Assembly (NCBI GenBank): GCA_964461865.1
Contig: CAYWVK010000001.1
Location: forward strand, 3,218 to 42,704
Direction: 5' to 3'
DNA length: 39,487 bases
Origin: an uncultured Gammaproteobacteria bacterium
GTDB lineage: Bacteria > Patescibacteriota > Microgenomatia > Levybacterales > UBA12049
The notes under the pieces were generated by a model, which ran no database searches, was not told the DNA's origin, and worked only from the letters and a program-made list of their open reading frames with translations. The translations under genes were made by a program, and so were the position numbers. Below are positions 1-7,055 of this stretch, piece by piece; position 1 is the stretch's first letter, and every line of letters starts with the position of its first letter.

Positions 1-24
1 AATAAATTAATATAATAGAATATT

Positions 25-1425
25 GTGTCTTTATCTCCATTATCAATTAATTCACTACCTAAATCACCGCCTTTAAGAAAACTTATTGGACCAAGTTTTG
101 TTATCTTAGCCTTGGGGCTTGGTTCCGGAGAAGTAATACTTTGGCCATATTTAAGTGCGAATTATGGACTTGGAATTATTTGGGGTGCTCTTCTTGGTTT
201 ATCATTCCAATTTTTTATGAATATGGAAATTGAAAGATATGCCTTAGTTCATGGAGAAAGTGTTTTTGTAGGACTTGCTCGAAAATTTAGATTCATTTCC
301 TTTTGGTTTTTAATATCAACTTTTATCCCCTGGATGTGGCCTGGAATAATAGCGGCATCAGCTAAGTTTTTAGGTGCTATTTTAGGACTTGAAAATACAC
401 ATTATTTAGCAATAATTCTTTTACTAATAATTGGAGCAATTCTTTCGTTAGGGCCAGTTCTTTATAAAACAGTTGAAAGATTTCAAAAAACAATTATTTC
501 AATTGGTGTTCCGATTATTTTTATTCTTAGTATAATTCTTGCAAAAAGTAGTGATTGGACAGCGCTTTTTAAAGGAGCTGTTGGTATAGGAGAGGGTTTT
601 ATGTTTCTTCCCGAAGGGATTGCTATTGCTTCATTTTTAGGTGCTCTAGCTTATGCCGGAGCAGGAGGAAATCTTAACTTAGCACAATCATTTTATATTA
701 AGGAAAAAGGTTATGGAATGGGTAAGTACGCCGGTAAAATTACCAGTCTTTTAACAGGAAAAGCAGAAAATATTTCCATTACAGGAAGTAAATTTACTAC
801 ATCAGATGAAAATATGCATATGTTTAAAAAATGGTGGAAAAACATTAACATTGAACATTTTTTTGTATTTTGGTTAACCGGTTCTATTACAATACTTCTT
901 TTATCTCTGCTTTCTTATGTTGCACTTTACGGACAATCAGGTAATGCAGAAGGAGTTACTTTTGTTATTAAAGAAGCTCAGTATATCGGTCAAATGATAT
1001 TTCCTGCTATTGGTACGCTTTTTTTGATAATAGTAAGTCTTACATTGTTTGGAACACAACTTGGTGTATTTGATGCAACTAGTAGAATCTTATCGGAAAA
1101 CGTGATTTTAAGTTCATTCGGAAAACTAAAAGAGAAAAATATTCGTTTGTTTTACTATTTAGTATTATGGCTTCAGGTTTTAGCAGGTATTTTAATAATG
1201 CTTTTAGGTTTCACAGAGCCTTTGCAGTTAGTAATTATTGCAGCAGTATTAAATGCAGTTGCAATGTTTGTGCATACTGGTCTTACTCTTTGGTTAAATT
1301 TAACCTCACTTGATAAAAAAATTCGTCCCTCTTTTTTTAGAGTCGGGATAATGCTTTTGGCATTTTTATTTTACGGAGGATTTAGCGCTTATGTTATCTA
1401 CGATAGGTTTTTTGTTTTAGGTTAA
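25..1425 (+). CDS. Nramp-related (LeuT-fold) membrane transporter with a divergent metal site
   Basis: 466-aa polytopic ORF. 'GPSFVILALGLGSGEV' aligns to the Nramp TM1 block (GPGFL..DPGN) and 'AGAGGNLNLAQS' to the TM6 block (MPHNLFLHS), but the ligand residues are replaced. In-frame stops at 13-18 leave GTG 25 as the first start. TATAAT lies at 11-16. Confidence 0.5.
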   Translation: MSLSPLSINSLPKSPPLRKLIGPSFVILALGLGSGEVILWPYLSANYGLGIIWGALLGLSFQFFMNMEIERYALVHGESVFVGLARKFRFISFWFLISTFIPWMWPGIIAASAKFLGAILGLENTHYLAIILLLIIGAILSLGPVLYKTVERFQKTIISIGVPIIFILSIILAKSSDWTALFKGAVGIGEGFMFLPEGIAIASFLGALAYAGAGGNLNLAQSFYIKEKGYGMGKYAGKITSLLTGKAENISITGSKFTTSDENMHMFKKWWKNINIEHFFVFWLTGSITILLLSLLSYVALYGQSGNAEGVTFVIKEAQYIGQMIFPAIGTLFLIIVSLTLFGTQLGVFDATSRILSENVILSSFGKLKEKNIRLFYYLVLWLQVLAGILIMLLGFTEPLQLVIIAAVLNAVAMFVHTGLTLWLNLTSLDKKIRPSFFRVGIMLLAFLFYGGFSAYVIYDRFFVLG

Positions 1426-1452
1426 TAATTTTTATAATAAAAAATTATAAAG

Positions 1453-1481
1453 TTGCTTAAAATTGCCAAAGCAGATATTAT
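1453..1481 (+). promoter_or_regulatory. Sigma70-like promoter candidate for the CaCA gene (TTGCTT-17-TATTAT)
   Basis: Hexamers at 1453-1458 and 1476-1481, 26 nt upstream of ATG 1508. AT-rich context means a high false-positive risk. Confidence 0.3.
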
Positions 1482-1507
1482 AAAACCTATATCTTTTAAT
1501 CTTAATA

Positions 1508-2458
1508 ATGGGAATAGTTGCTAACATATTATTATATATTGCTTCTTTTATTACTATTTGGTGGGGAGCTGGTTTAATTGTTAAATCTGTTGATAAAGCA
1601 GCGCGAAAATTAAAGCTATCAACTTTTGCGATGTCTTTTTTTGTACTCGGGATTTTGACTACCATACCGGAAATGGCAGTTGGTATAAGAGCGATATCTG
1701 AAAATAATCCTGCAGTTTTTGTTGGTAATTTATTAGGTGGAATAGTTGTAATTTTTCTGTTAATAATTCCTGTTTTGGCAATTTTAGGTAGAGGAATACA
1801 GCTAAATCACGACTTAGATAAGAAAACCCTTTTGCTTTCGTTAAGTATCATAGCTCTTCCAAGTTTAATGGTAATTGATCATAGAATTACTAACATAGAA
1901 GGGCTTTTATTAATTTTTTTCTATTTGGTGTTATTTTATGTTATTCAAAAAAAACACGGAATATTTGATAGGGAAAATGTCGCATTAATGCAGCTTAGGG
2001 CATATTCATTTGTAGATTTGTTAAAAGTTATTGTTGGTATTATAGTTGTTTTTATCTCAAGTAATTTTATTTTTGAGCAAACAATTGTTTTTTCAAAAAT
2101 ACTAGAAATTCCAGCATTTTATATTAGCCTTATTGCCTTAAGCCTAGGAACAAATTTGCCGGAAATATCAATTGCTTTTAGAGCGGTTTTATCAAATAAA
2201 AAAGATATCGCGCTTGGAGATTATTTAGGTTCTGGTGCAGCAAATATATTATTGTTTGGTTTACTTACGGTGGCAAACACTGGGGAAGTTTTAACCGTAA
2301 ATAATTTTATTTCTACTTTTATGTTTATCTTTTTTGGTCTTGGATTGTTCTTTTATTTTTCTCAATCAAAAAAAGGATTATCGGTAAAAGAAGGATATAT
2401 ACTCCTGGCAATATATATTACTTTTGTAATATATGAATCTTGGAGAGGAATCATTTAA
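1508..2458 (+). CDS. CaCA-family cation/Ca2+ exchanger (YrbG-like)
   Basis: 316-aa protein with about 10 TM spans and two alpha-repeat signatures: 'GNLLGGIVVIF' in the N half, and 'GTNLPEISIA' plus 'GDYLGSGAANILL' in the C half. Confidence 0.75.
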   Translation: MGIVANILLYIASFITIWWGAGLIVKSVDKAARKLKLSTFAMSFFVLGILTTIPEMAVGIRAISENNPAVFVGNLLGGIVVIFLLIIPVLAILGRGIQLNHDLDKKTLLLSLSIIALPSLMVIDHRITNIEGLLLIFFYLVLFYVIQKKHGIFDRENVALMQLRAYSFVDLLKVIVGIIVVFISSNFIFEQTIVFSKILEIPAFYISLIALSLGTNLPEISIAFRAVLSNKKDIALGDYLGSGAANILLFGLLTVANTGEVLTVNNFISTFMFIFFGLGLFFYFSQSKKGLSVKEGYILLAIYITFVIYESWRGII

Positions 2459-2462
2459 AAAA

Positions 2463-2468
2463 AGGAGG
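2463..2468 (+). promoter_or_regulatory. Shine-Dalgarno AGGAGG for mscL
   Basis: Perfect AGGAGG 9 nt upstream of ATG 2478. It is one of only two strong SD sequences I found in the window. Confidence 0.6.
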
Positions 2469-2477
2469 TGATAAGAA

Positions 2478-2777
2478 ATGAAGGGTTTTATTGATTTTGT
2501 TAGAGAACAAGGAGTAGTTGGATTAGCGGTTGGTTTTATTTTAGGAGGAGCTGTCTCAAAAATAGTAGCAGCATTGGTAACTGATATTATTAATCCCTTA
2601 ATTGGAATATTAATTGGTGGATTAAATCTTAAAAACGCTTACGTTGAGTCTTTCGGGGCTAAATTTATGTGGGGAGATTTTATAAGTGTCTTAATAGATT
2701 TTATTATAATTGCTTTTGTAGTTTATTTTGGTGTTAAGTGGTTAAAGCTTGATAAATTAGACAAAAAGAAAGCATAG
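2478..2777 (+). CDS. mscL: Large-conductance mechanosensitive channel MscL (short, 99 aa)
   Basis: 'FIDFVREQGVVGLAVGFILGGAVSKIVAALVTDIINPLIG' is colinear with E. coli MscL TM1 ([40 protein letters not shown]). A second TM and a KKK tail follow. AGGAGG lies 9 nt upstream of the start. The C-terminal helical bundle is largely missing. Confidence 0.85.
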   Translation: MKGFIDFVREQGVVGLAVGFILGGAVSKIVAALVTDIINPLIGILIGGLNLKNAYVESFGAKFMWGDFISVLIDFIIIAFVVYFGVKWLKLDKLDKKKA

Positions 2778-2794
2778 GAATTTTGATTTAAAAT

Positions 2795-3250
2795 ATGAGC
2801 ATAATTCAATTTGTTTTAGTTTTAGTATATGGAGTTGTTTCTTTTGTGGTTTTTTTGAGAAGTCTTTATGAATCAATTAAAAATAACAAGAATTCATACG
2901 GCAATACTTACTTTTTATATCCTTTAGGCATTTTTGTTTGGGGAGACGGTATAATTATTGGAGCTTTTTGGGTAATCTCATCAATTATTTCGTTATTGCT
3001 TAATGATTTTTTATTTTTATTAATAATAATTGCTGTTTTTTGGGTTATAAGAAGTTATGGTGAAATGACTTATTGGTTTCATCAGCAATTTTCTCCAATT
3101 ATCAGAAATCCGGCAGATAAATTAATAGGGTATAAGTATATAAAAAAAGATTCTATTTGGTTTATGTATCAAGTTTTATGGCAATGTATATTAATAGCTT
3201 CAATAATTGCCTCTGTTTACTTAATTTCTATATGGGTAAAAACCTTATAG
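2795..3250 (+). CDS. Hypothetical 4-TM membrane protein
   Basis: 151-aa ORF in the same orientation as mscL and 17 nt downstream of it. It has four hydrophobic spans and no motif I recognise. Confidence 0.45.
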   Translation: MSIIQFVLVLVYGVVSFVVFLRSLYESIKNNKNSYGNTYFLYPLGIFVWGDGIIIGAFWVISSIISLLLNDFLFLLIIIAVFWVIRSYGEMTYWFHQQFSPIIRNPADKLIGYKYIKKDSIWFMYQVLWQCILIASIIASVYLISIWVKTL

Positions 3251-3259
3251 AAAAAACTA

Positions 3260-3287
3260 TTGCATTGAAAAATTTAAATGTTATACT
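3260..3287 (+). promoter_or_regulatory. Promoter candidate TTGCAT-16-TATACT, 6 nt upstream of ATG 3294
   Basis: Hexamers at 3260-3265 and 3282-3287. Would give a leaderless transcript for the micropeptide and Excalibur genes. Confidence 0.4.
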
Positions 3288-3293
3288 AAAAAT

Positions 3294-3386
3294 ATGACAA
3301 AGCTAAAAGGAAAAAAAATATTTCGATTAGTAATTATTGTTGTACTTATTTTAATAGCAGCTTATTTACTTTATTCAATTTGGTAA
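3294..3386 (+). CDS. Possible 30-aa single-TM micropeptide (MTKLKGKKIFRLVIIVVLILIAAYLLYSIW)
   Basis: Not in the supplied ORF track because it is too short. ATG lies 6 nt after TATACT (3282-3287), with TTGCAT 16 nt upstream of that. TAA stop lies 3 nt before the Excalibur gene start. The peptide has a basic N-terminus followed by one hydrophobic helix. Confidence 0.3.
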   Translation: MTKLKGKKIFRLVIIVVLILIAAYLLYSIW

Positions 3387-3389
3387 ATT

Positions 3390-3788
3390 ATGGCAATTCC
3401 AAAACTTAAACCATTGGCTAAAGCAAGTGATGGTACAAAAAAGGTTTTAAAGCCTGTTTTAATTGGAATAATTGTTGTTTTACTTGGCGCATTTGGCCTT
3501 GAAGTAGCAAATACGGATTTCGATTTAGGAAAGTTATTTAGTGGTTCTTCACTAGAAGAATCTAAGGTTTTGCGAGATGATAAGGGTAATGTGCTTTATG
3601 ATAAGTTGGGAAATATAGTAACAAATTCTACGGAAGGAAAAAAAGCAGGAGATTATAATTGTGATGATTTTAGTACACAAACAGAAGCACAAAGTTTTTT
3701 TATTAAAGTTGGTGGACTAGGAAATGATTTATATAGACTTGACGGAGATAAAGATGGTGTAGCTTGCGAAGCGCTTCCTCAAAAATAG
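3390..3788 (+). CDS. Membrane-anchored Excalibur calcium-binding domain protein
   Basis: N-terminal TM span. The C-terminal '[15 protein letters not shown]...[12 protein letters not shown]' matches the Excalibur signature (CxDF...Q.eAQ...DxDxDGxxCE). Confidence 0.75.
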   Translation: MAIPKLKPLAKASDGTKKVLKPVLIGIIVVLLGAFGLEVANTDFDLGKLFSGSSLEESKVLRDDKGNVLYDKLGNIVTNSTEGKKAGDYNCDDFSTQTEAQSFFIKVGGLGNDLYRLDGDKDGVACEALPQK

Positions 3789-3789
3789 C

Positions 3790-4734
3790 TTATTTATTGA
3801 AGAAATCATAAACAGCCTTTGAAAAATTAGCAATTTTTTCTGCAGCTTCAAGTGGTTTTTCTCCATCAGAAAGTACAATAATTATGTAATCTTGGTCTTT
3901 TCCAAAAACAATTCCTGCATCATGCTTTAAGCTTCCAAGTTCACCTGTTTTATGAGCAACTACGATTTCCTCCGGTAAATATTTAGGAATTCTGTCGTTA
4001 AATGTTTGTTTTGTTAATAATTCAAGCATTTGGTCAGAGTAATATTCATTAATAAATTCCTTGTTATAAAGTTTTTCAAAAAAAAGTGCCAGATCTTTTG
4101 CAGTTGTTTGAGGTGGAGAGCCGGTATTGGAAGCGTTTAAATTATATTTATCTAAAAAATCATTTAGACTTGATAATCCAATTTTTGAAATTAGTAAATA
4201 AGCAGAGTAATTATCAGAAATTATTATCATTTTTTCAATTGCTTCTTTTACTGTTTTTTTAGCAACACCTTCTGTTAATTCTGCCTCTTCAGAGGCTATT
4301 TGGAATTTTTTATTAAGTATGGCAATGTCTTCTTCTAAAATTTCATTTTCTTTTAGCTCTTTTTTTTCTATTTTTTCAAAAGAAGCGACCATTGCCCAAA
4401 GTTTATATAAGCTTGCTGTTGAGAATTTTTGGTTTTCATTATAGGTATATGTCTCTTTTGTTTTTAGATTTTTTATATAAATACCATAGATAGTATTATT
4501 TGTGAATAATTCCGTCTTTGATATTTCTTGAATGGGAATTTGTATATTCTCTTTTGGGGAATTAGCGATGTTTGATAGCGGACTAAGAATAGTATCAGAA
4601 TTTTTAATATTTGCAGGAGTTAGCTTTAAGATTAAAATAAAGACAATAATAAAAAATAAGATAAAAAACAAAAACAGTCTTGTCTTTTTATTTTTCTTTC
4701 TTCTTCTTGAATAAGATTGAAATTCAATAGACAT
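3790..4734 (-). CDS. Membrane-anchored class-A beta-lactamase-like serine hydrolase (penicillin-binding fold)
   Basis: N-terminal TM span, then SxxK ('STASLYK'), SDN ('ISDNYS') and KTG ('HKTGELG') motifs in canonical order and spacing. Confidence 0.7.
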   Translation of the reverse strand: MSIEFQSYSRRRKKNKKTRLFLFFILFFIIVFILILKLTPANIKNSDTILSPLSNIANSPKENIQIPIQEISKTELFTNNTIYGIYIKNLKTKETYTYNENQKFSTASLYKLWAMVASFEKIEKKELKENEILEEDIAILNKKFQIASEEAELTEGVAKKTVKEAIEKMIIISDNYSAYLLISKIGLSSLNDFLDKYNLNASNTGSPPQTTAKDLALFFEKLYNKEFINEYYSDQMLELLTKQTFNDRIPKYLPEEIVVAHKTGELGSLKHDAGIVFGKDQDYIIIVLSDGEKPLEAAEKIANFSKAVYDFFNK

Positions 4735-4786
4735 ATTGTTTTAGTTTATAGCACAAATTTAAACTTTATGTCTAATAAGTTGTAAT

Positions 4787-4873
4787 TTAATTATGTTGGG
4801 TTCCTCGTCTTAATCCTTTTCTTCTTTTAGCGACATTTCCTTTGCCCAGTCTTTTTCTTTTCGATTTTGCCAT
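4787..4873 (-). CDS. 28-aa highly basic peptide (MAKSKRKRLGKGNVAKRRKGLRRGTQHN)
   Basis: Hand-translated; not in the ORF track. GGAGG lies 5 nt upstream of the ATG (reverse complement of 4874-4885 reads aaGGAGGttaat). Thirteen of 28 residues are K or R. TAA stop. Stops upstream rule out a longer ORF. Confidence 0.35.
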   Translation of the reverse strand: MAKSKRKRLGKGNVAKRRKGLRRGTQHN

Positions 4874-4947
4874 ATTAACCTCCTTTAATTTATTTTACCA
4901 TATATTATTGATACCAGTTTAGAGATAAAAGAGTTAACTTAATAAAG

Positions 4948-4976
4948 TTGACAGCAGAATTTTAAATTGCTTTAAT
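4948..4976 (+). promoter_or_regulatory. Promoter candidate TTGACA-17-TTTAAT, 6 nt upstream of the tspO ATG
   Basis: Perfect -35 at 4948-4953, a 17-nt spacer and a -10 at 4971-4976; ATG at 4983. Confidence 0.45.
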
Positions 4977-4982
4977 TAAACA

Positions 4983-5453
4983 ATGAGTAATTCTTGGAAA
5001 TTAGTAATATCAATTGTTATTTGTTTATTAGTTGGATTTATTGGTTCATTTGCTACAACTCCTGCTATTCCAACTTGGTATGCAACATTAAATAAACCTT
5101 TTTTTAGTCCACCAAATTATTTATTTGCCCCTGTTTGGACAGCCTTGTATATTTTAATGGGAATTTCTTTGTATTTAATTTGGAAAAATGGAACAAAAAA
5201 TAAAAAAAATAAAGAAGCTATAAATTTTTTCTTAATTCAACTTGGCTTAAATTTTATTTGGTCATTTATTTTTTTTGGACTTCAAAATCCTCTTGTTGCT
5301 TTTATTGAAATAGCAGTTCTTTGGATAGCAATTTTTATTACGATACTTAAGTTTTGGAAAATATCAAAGTTGGCTGCATATTTATTAATTCCATATATTC
5401 TTTGGGTTAGTTTTGCCTCGATTTTAAACCTTGCTATTGTTTTGTTAAATTAA
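4983..5453 (+). CDS. tspO: TspO/MBR family tryptophan-rich sensory protein
   Basis: 156-aa, 5-TM protein. 'WYATLNKPFFSPPNYLFAPVWTALYILMG' and the W-rich later helices are the TspO signature. Confidence 0.8.
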   Translation: MSNSWKLVISIVICLLVGFIGSFATTPAIPTWYATLNKPFFSPPNYLFAPVWTALYILMGISLYLIWKNGTKNKKNKEAINFFLIQLGLNFIWSFIFFGLQNPLVAFIEIAVLWIAIFITILKFWKISKLAAYLLIPYILWVSFASILNLAIVLLN

Positions 5454-5501
5454 CAGTTTAAGTAACTGCTAATTTAGCTAATTTTTATTATAATTTCCTC
5501 A

Positions 5502-7055
5502 ATGTATAAAAAAATTAAAACTTTTATAAAAAGAAATTATTTATTAATTATTTTAATTATAATTTCCTCAATAATTTTTTTTACTAATCTTTCGGGACAG
5601 GATTATTCATTAGACGAGCCGGAGACTATTGTTTTATCAAGATCTATTTTCAGTTATGGTTTTCCCTCTGCATGGGATGGTCTAAACTTAGTAAGTACTA
5701 ATAACGGAAGAGATGTAACCATTTTAAATGGTAATTATTTTTATCAATGGCAGGGATGGTTGCAGTTTTATTTAGTATATTTTGGAATAAATATTTTCGG
5801 CGATAATGTTTTCGGACAACGATTCTTCTTTGTATTATTTGGAGTTGGAACAATAATAATTAGTTTTTTAACGGGTAAAGAATTATTTAAAAATAAATAT
5901 ACACCATTTATTGTTTCTTTTCAGCTAATTTGCTGTTTGCCATTTTTTCTTTATATAAGAGCTGCAAGGTATTACTCACCATCTGCTTTTTTCTCTCTTT
6001 TACTATTTTATTTGACAATAAGCAATCTTAAAGATAAGTTTACAAAGAAATATTTAATCTTTTTTATTTTTTCTGGTATATTATTATTTTTTAGTAATTA
6101 TATTATCTGGCTAACAAGTATAATTTTTGTTTTAATCACGCTTTTTCTAAAGAGGAATAAAGCTATCTTTTATGCATCTATCGTTCAGTTATTTTTAGCA
6201 ATTATTTGGTTTCTTATTTTTAAACCATATGCAGGAGACGCGTTTATTTTTAATCAATTAACAAGTTTTGTAGTAAATATTTTAAAAAATTTATCATATA
6301 TTAATGCCTTTGTTTTTCCTTTAATTTTGGTTCCATTTTTATTTTTACTTAAAAAGATAAATAAAAAATTTATCTTAGTTTTTGTTTTTTTAATTGTCTT
6401 AAAAATTTGTATTTATTCTATTTTTCTTATACCTCACGGAAGATACTTAATTGATTTATTCGTTGTCTTTTTACTAATTATCGGGTTTTTTTACGATTAT
6501 CTTTTAACAAAGAAAAAAATTTTAATTTTCTTTGTTTTATTTTTATTCATTTGTTTTACAAACATTTTAAATGTACTGCCTTATTCTTTAATTTCTAAAG
6601 ATAAGTTGATTTTTAATCTATGGCCACAAAAGTATTATTTAGAATTAAGCGGAAAATATAAAACAATAATGCCACAAATTGGTGAGTACTTAAAAAGTAA
6701 ATATGAAAAAGGAGATCTATTTTTAACCAATGGCTATCCCTGGACCATTTATTCTTACTCAAATGTTCCATCTCTTTCTCAAGTTTGTGATTATGAAAAT
6801 AACAAACTTTTAGGTCCGGAAAGTATTACCAATAAAGATAAACTACGTTGGATATTAATATTTCCATTAGGAGATAATAATTTTTCTTGTATAGGACTTG
6901 AGGACAAAAAGAATTTAGAAAAGGAGTTTAAATTAATAAAACTTAAGTTTGAAGAAGACACAAGAATAATAAACGACATTGATATTTTTAATCGTCAATT
7001 TCCACCAATTAAGATAAGAAGTAACGAAGTTTTGCTTTTTGAAAAAAAGAATTAG
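5502..7055 (+). CDS. Polytopic membrane protein, probable GT-C (ArnT/PMT-like) glycosyltransferase
   Basis: 517-aa protein with more than 10 TM spans. The first extracytoplasmic loop carries an acidic 'LDEPE' motif after TM1, as in GT-C enzymes. There is a C-terminal soluble domain of about 130 aa. Confidence 0.5.
   Translation: MYKKIKTFIKRNYLLIILIIISSIIFFTNLSGQDYSLDEPETIVLSRSIFSYGFPSAWDGLNLVSTNNGRDVTILNGNYFYQWQGWLQFYLVYFGINIFGDNVFGQRFFFVLFGVGTIIISFLTGKELFKNKYTPFIVSFQLICCLPFFLYIRAARYYSPSAFFSLLLFYLTISNLKDKFTKKYLIFFIFSGILLFFSNYIIWLTSIIFVLITLFLKRNKAIFYASIVQLFLAIIWFLIFKPYAGDAFIFNQLTSFVVNILKNLSYINAFVFPLILVPFLFLLKKINKKFILVFVFLIVLKICIYSIFLIPHGRYLIDLFVVFLLIIGFFYDYLLTKKKILIFFVLFLFICFTNILNVLPYSLISKDKLIFNLWPQKYYLELSGKYKTIMPQIGEYLKSKYEKGDLFLTNGYPWTIYSYSNVPSLSQVCDYENNKLLGPESITNKDKLRWILIFPLGDNNFSCIGLEDKKNLEKEFKLIKLKFEEDTRIINDIDIFNRQFPPIKIRSNEVLLFEKKN

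Noticed and set aside
1432-1665. Minus-strand 77-aa ORF overlapping the CaCA gene start. Similar short antisense ORFs lie at 4532-4714, 6791-6979, 7477-7683, 9187-9387, 11233-11493, 11721-12014, 13588-13821, 15623-15823, 16040-16246, 18225-18612, 21531-21722, 25477-25668, 28132-28341, 29680-29898, 33044-33280, 35457-35711 and 38197-38424.
   Set aside because: All are embedded in longer ORFs with recognisable motifs on the other strand or frame. In AT-rich DNA such shadow ORFs are expected.
4735-4982. The largest intergenic gap was checked for a tRNA, small RNA or CRISPR-like repeats. All other gaps above 40 bp were also checked: 1426-1507, 3251-3389, 8810-8909, 27353-27425, 30646-30805 and 32772-32858.
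   Set aside because: I could find no cloverleaf-compatible stems, no GC-rich structured segment and no direct repeats. The gaps are explained by promoter-like elements and two tiny ORFs.
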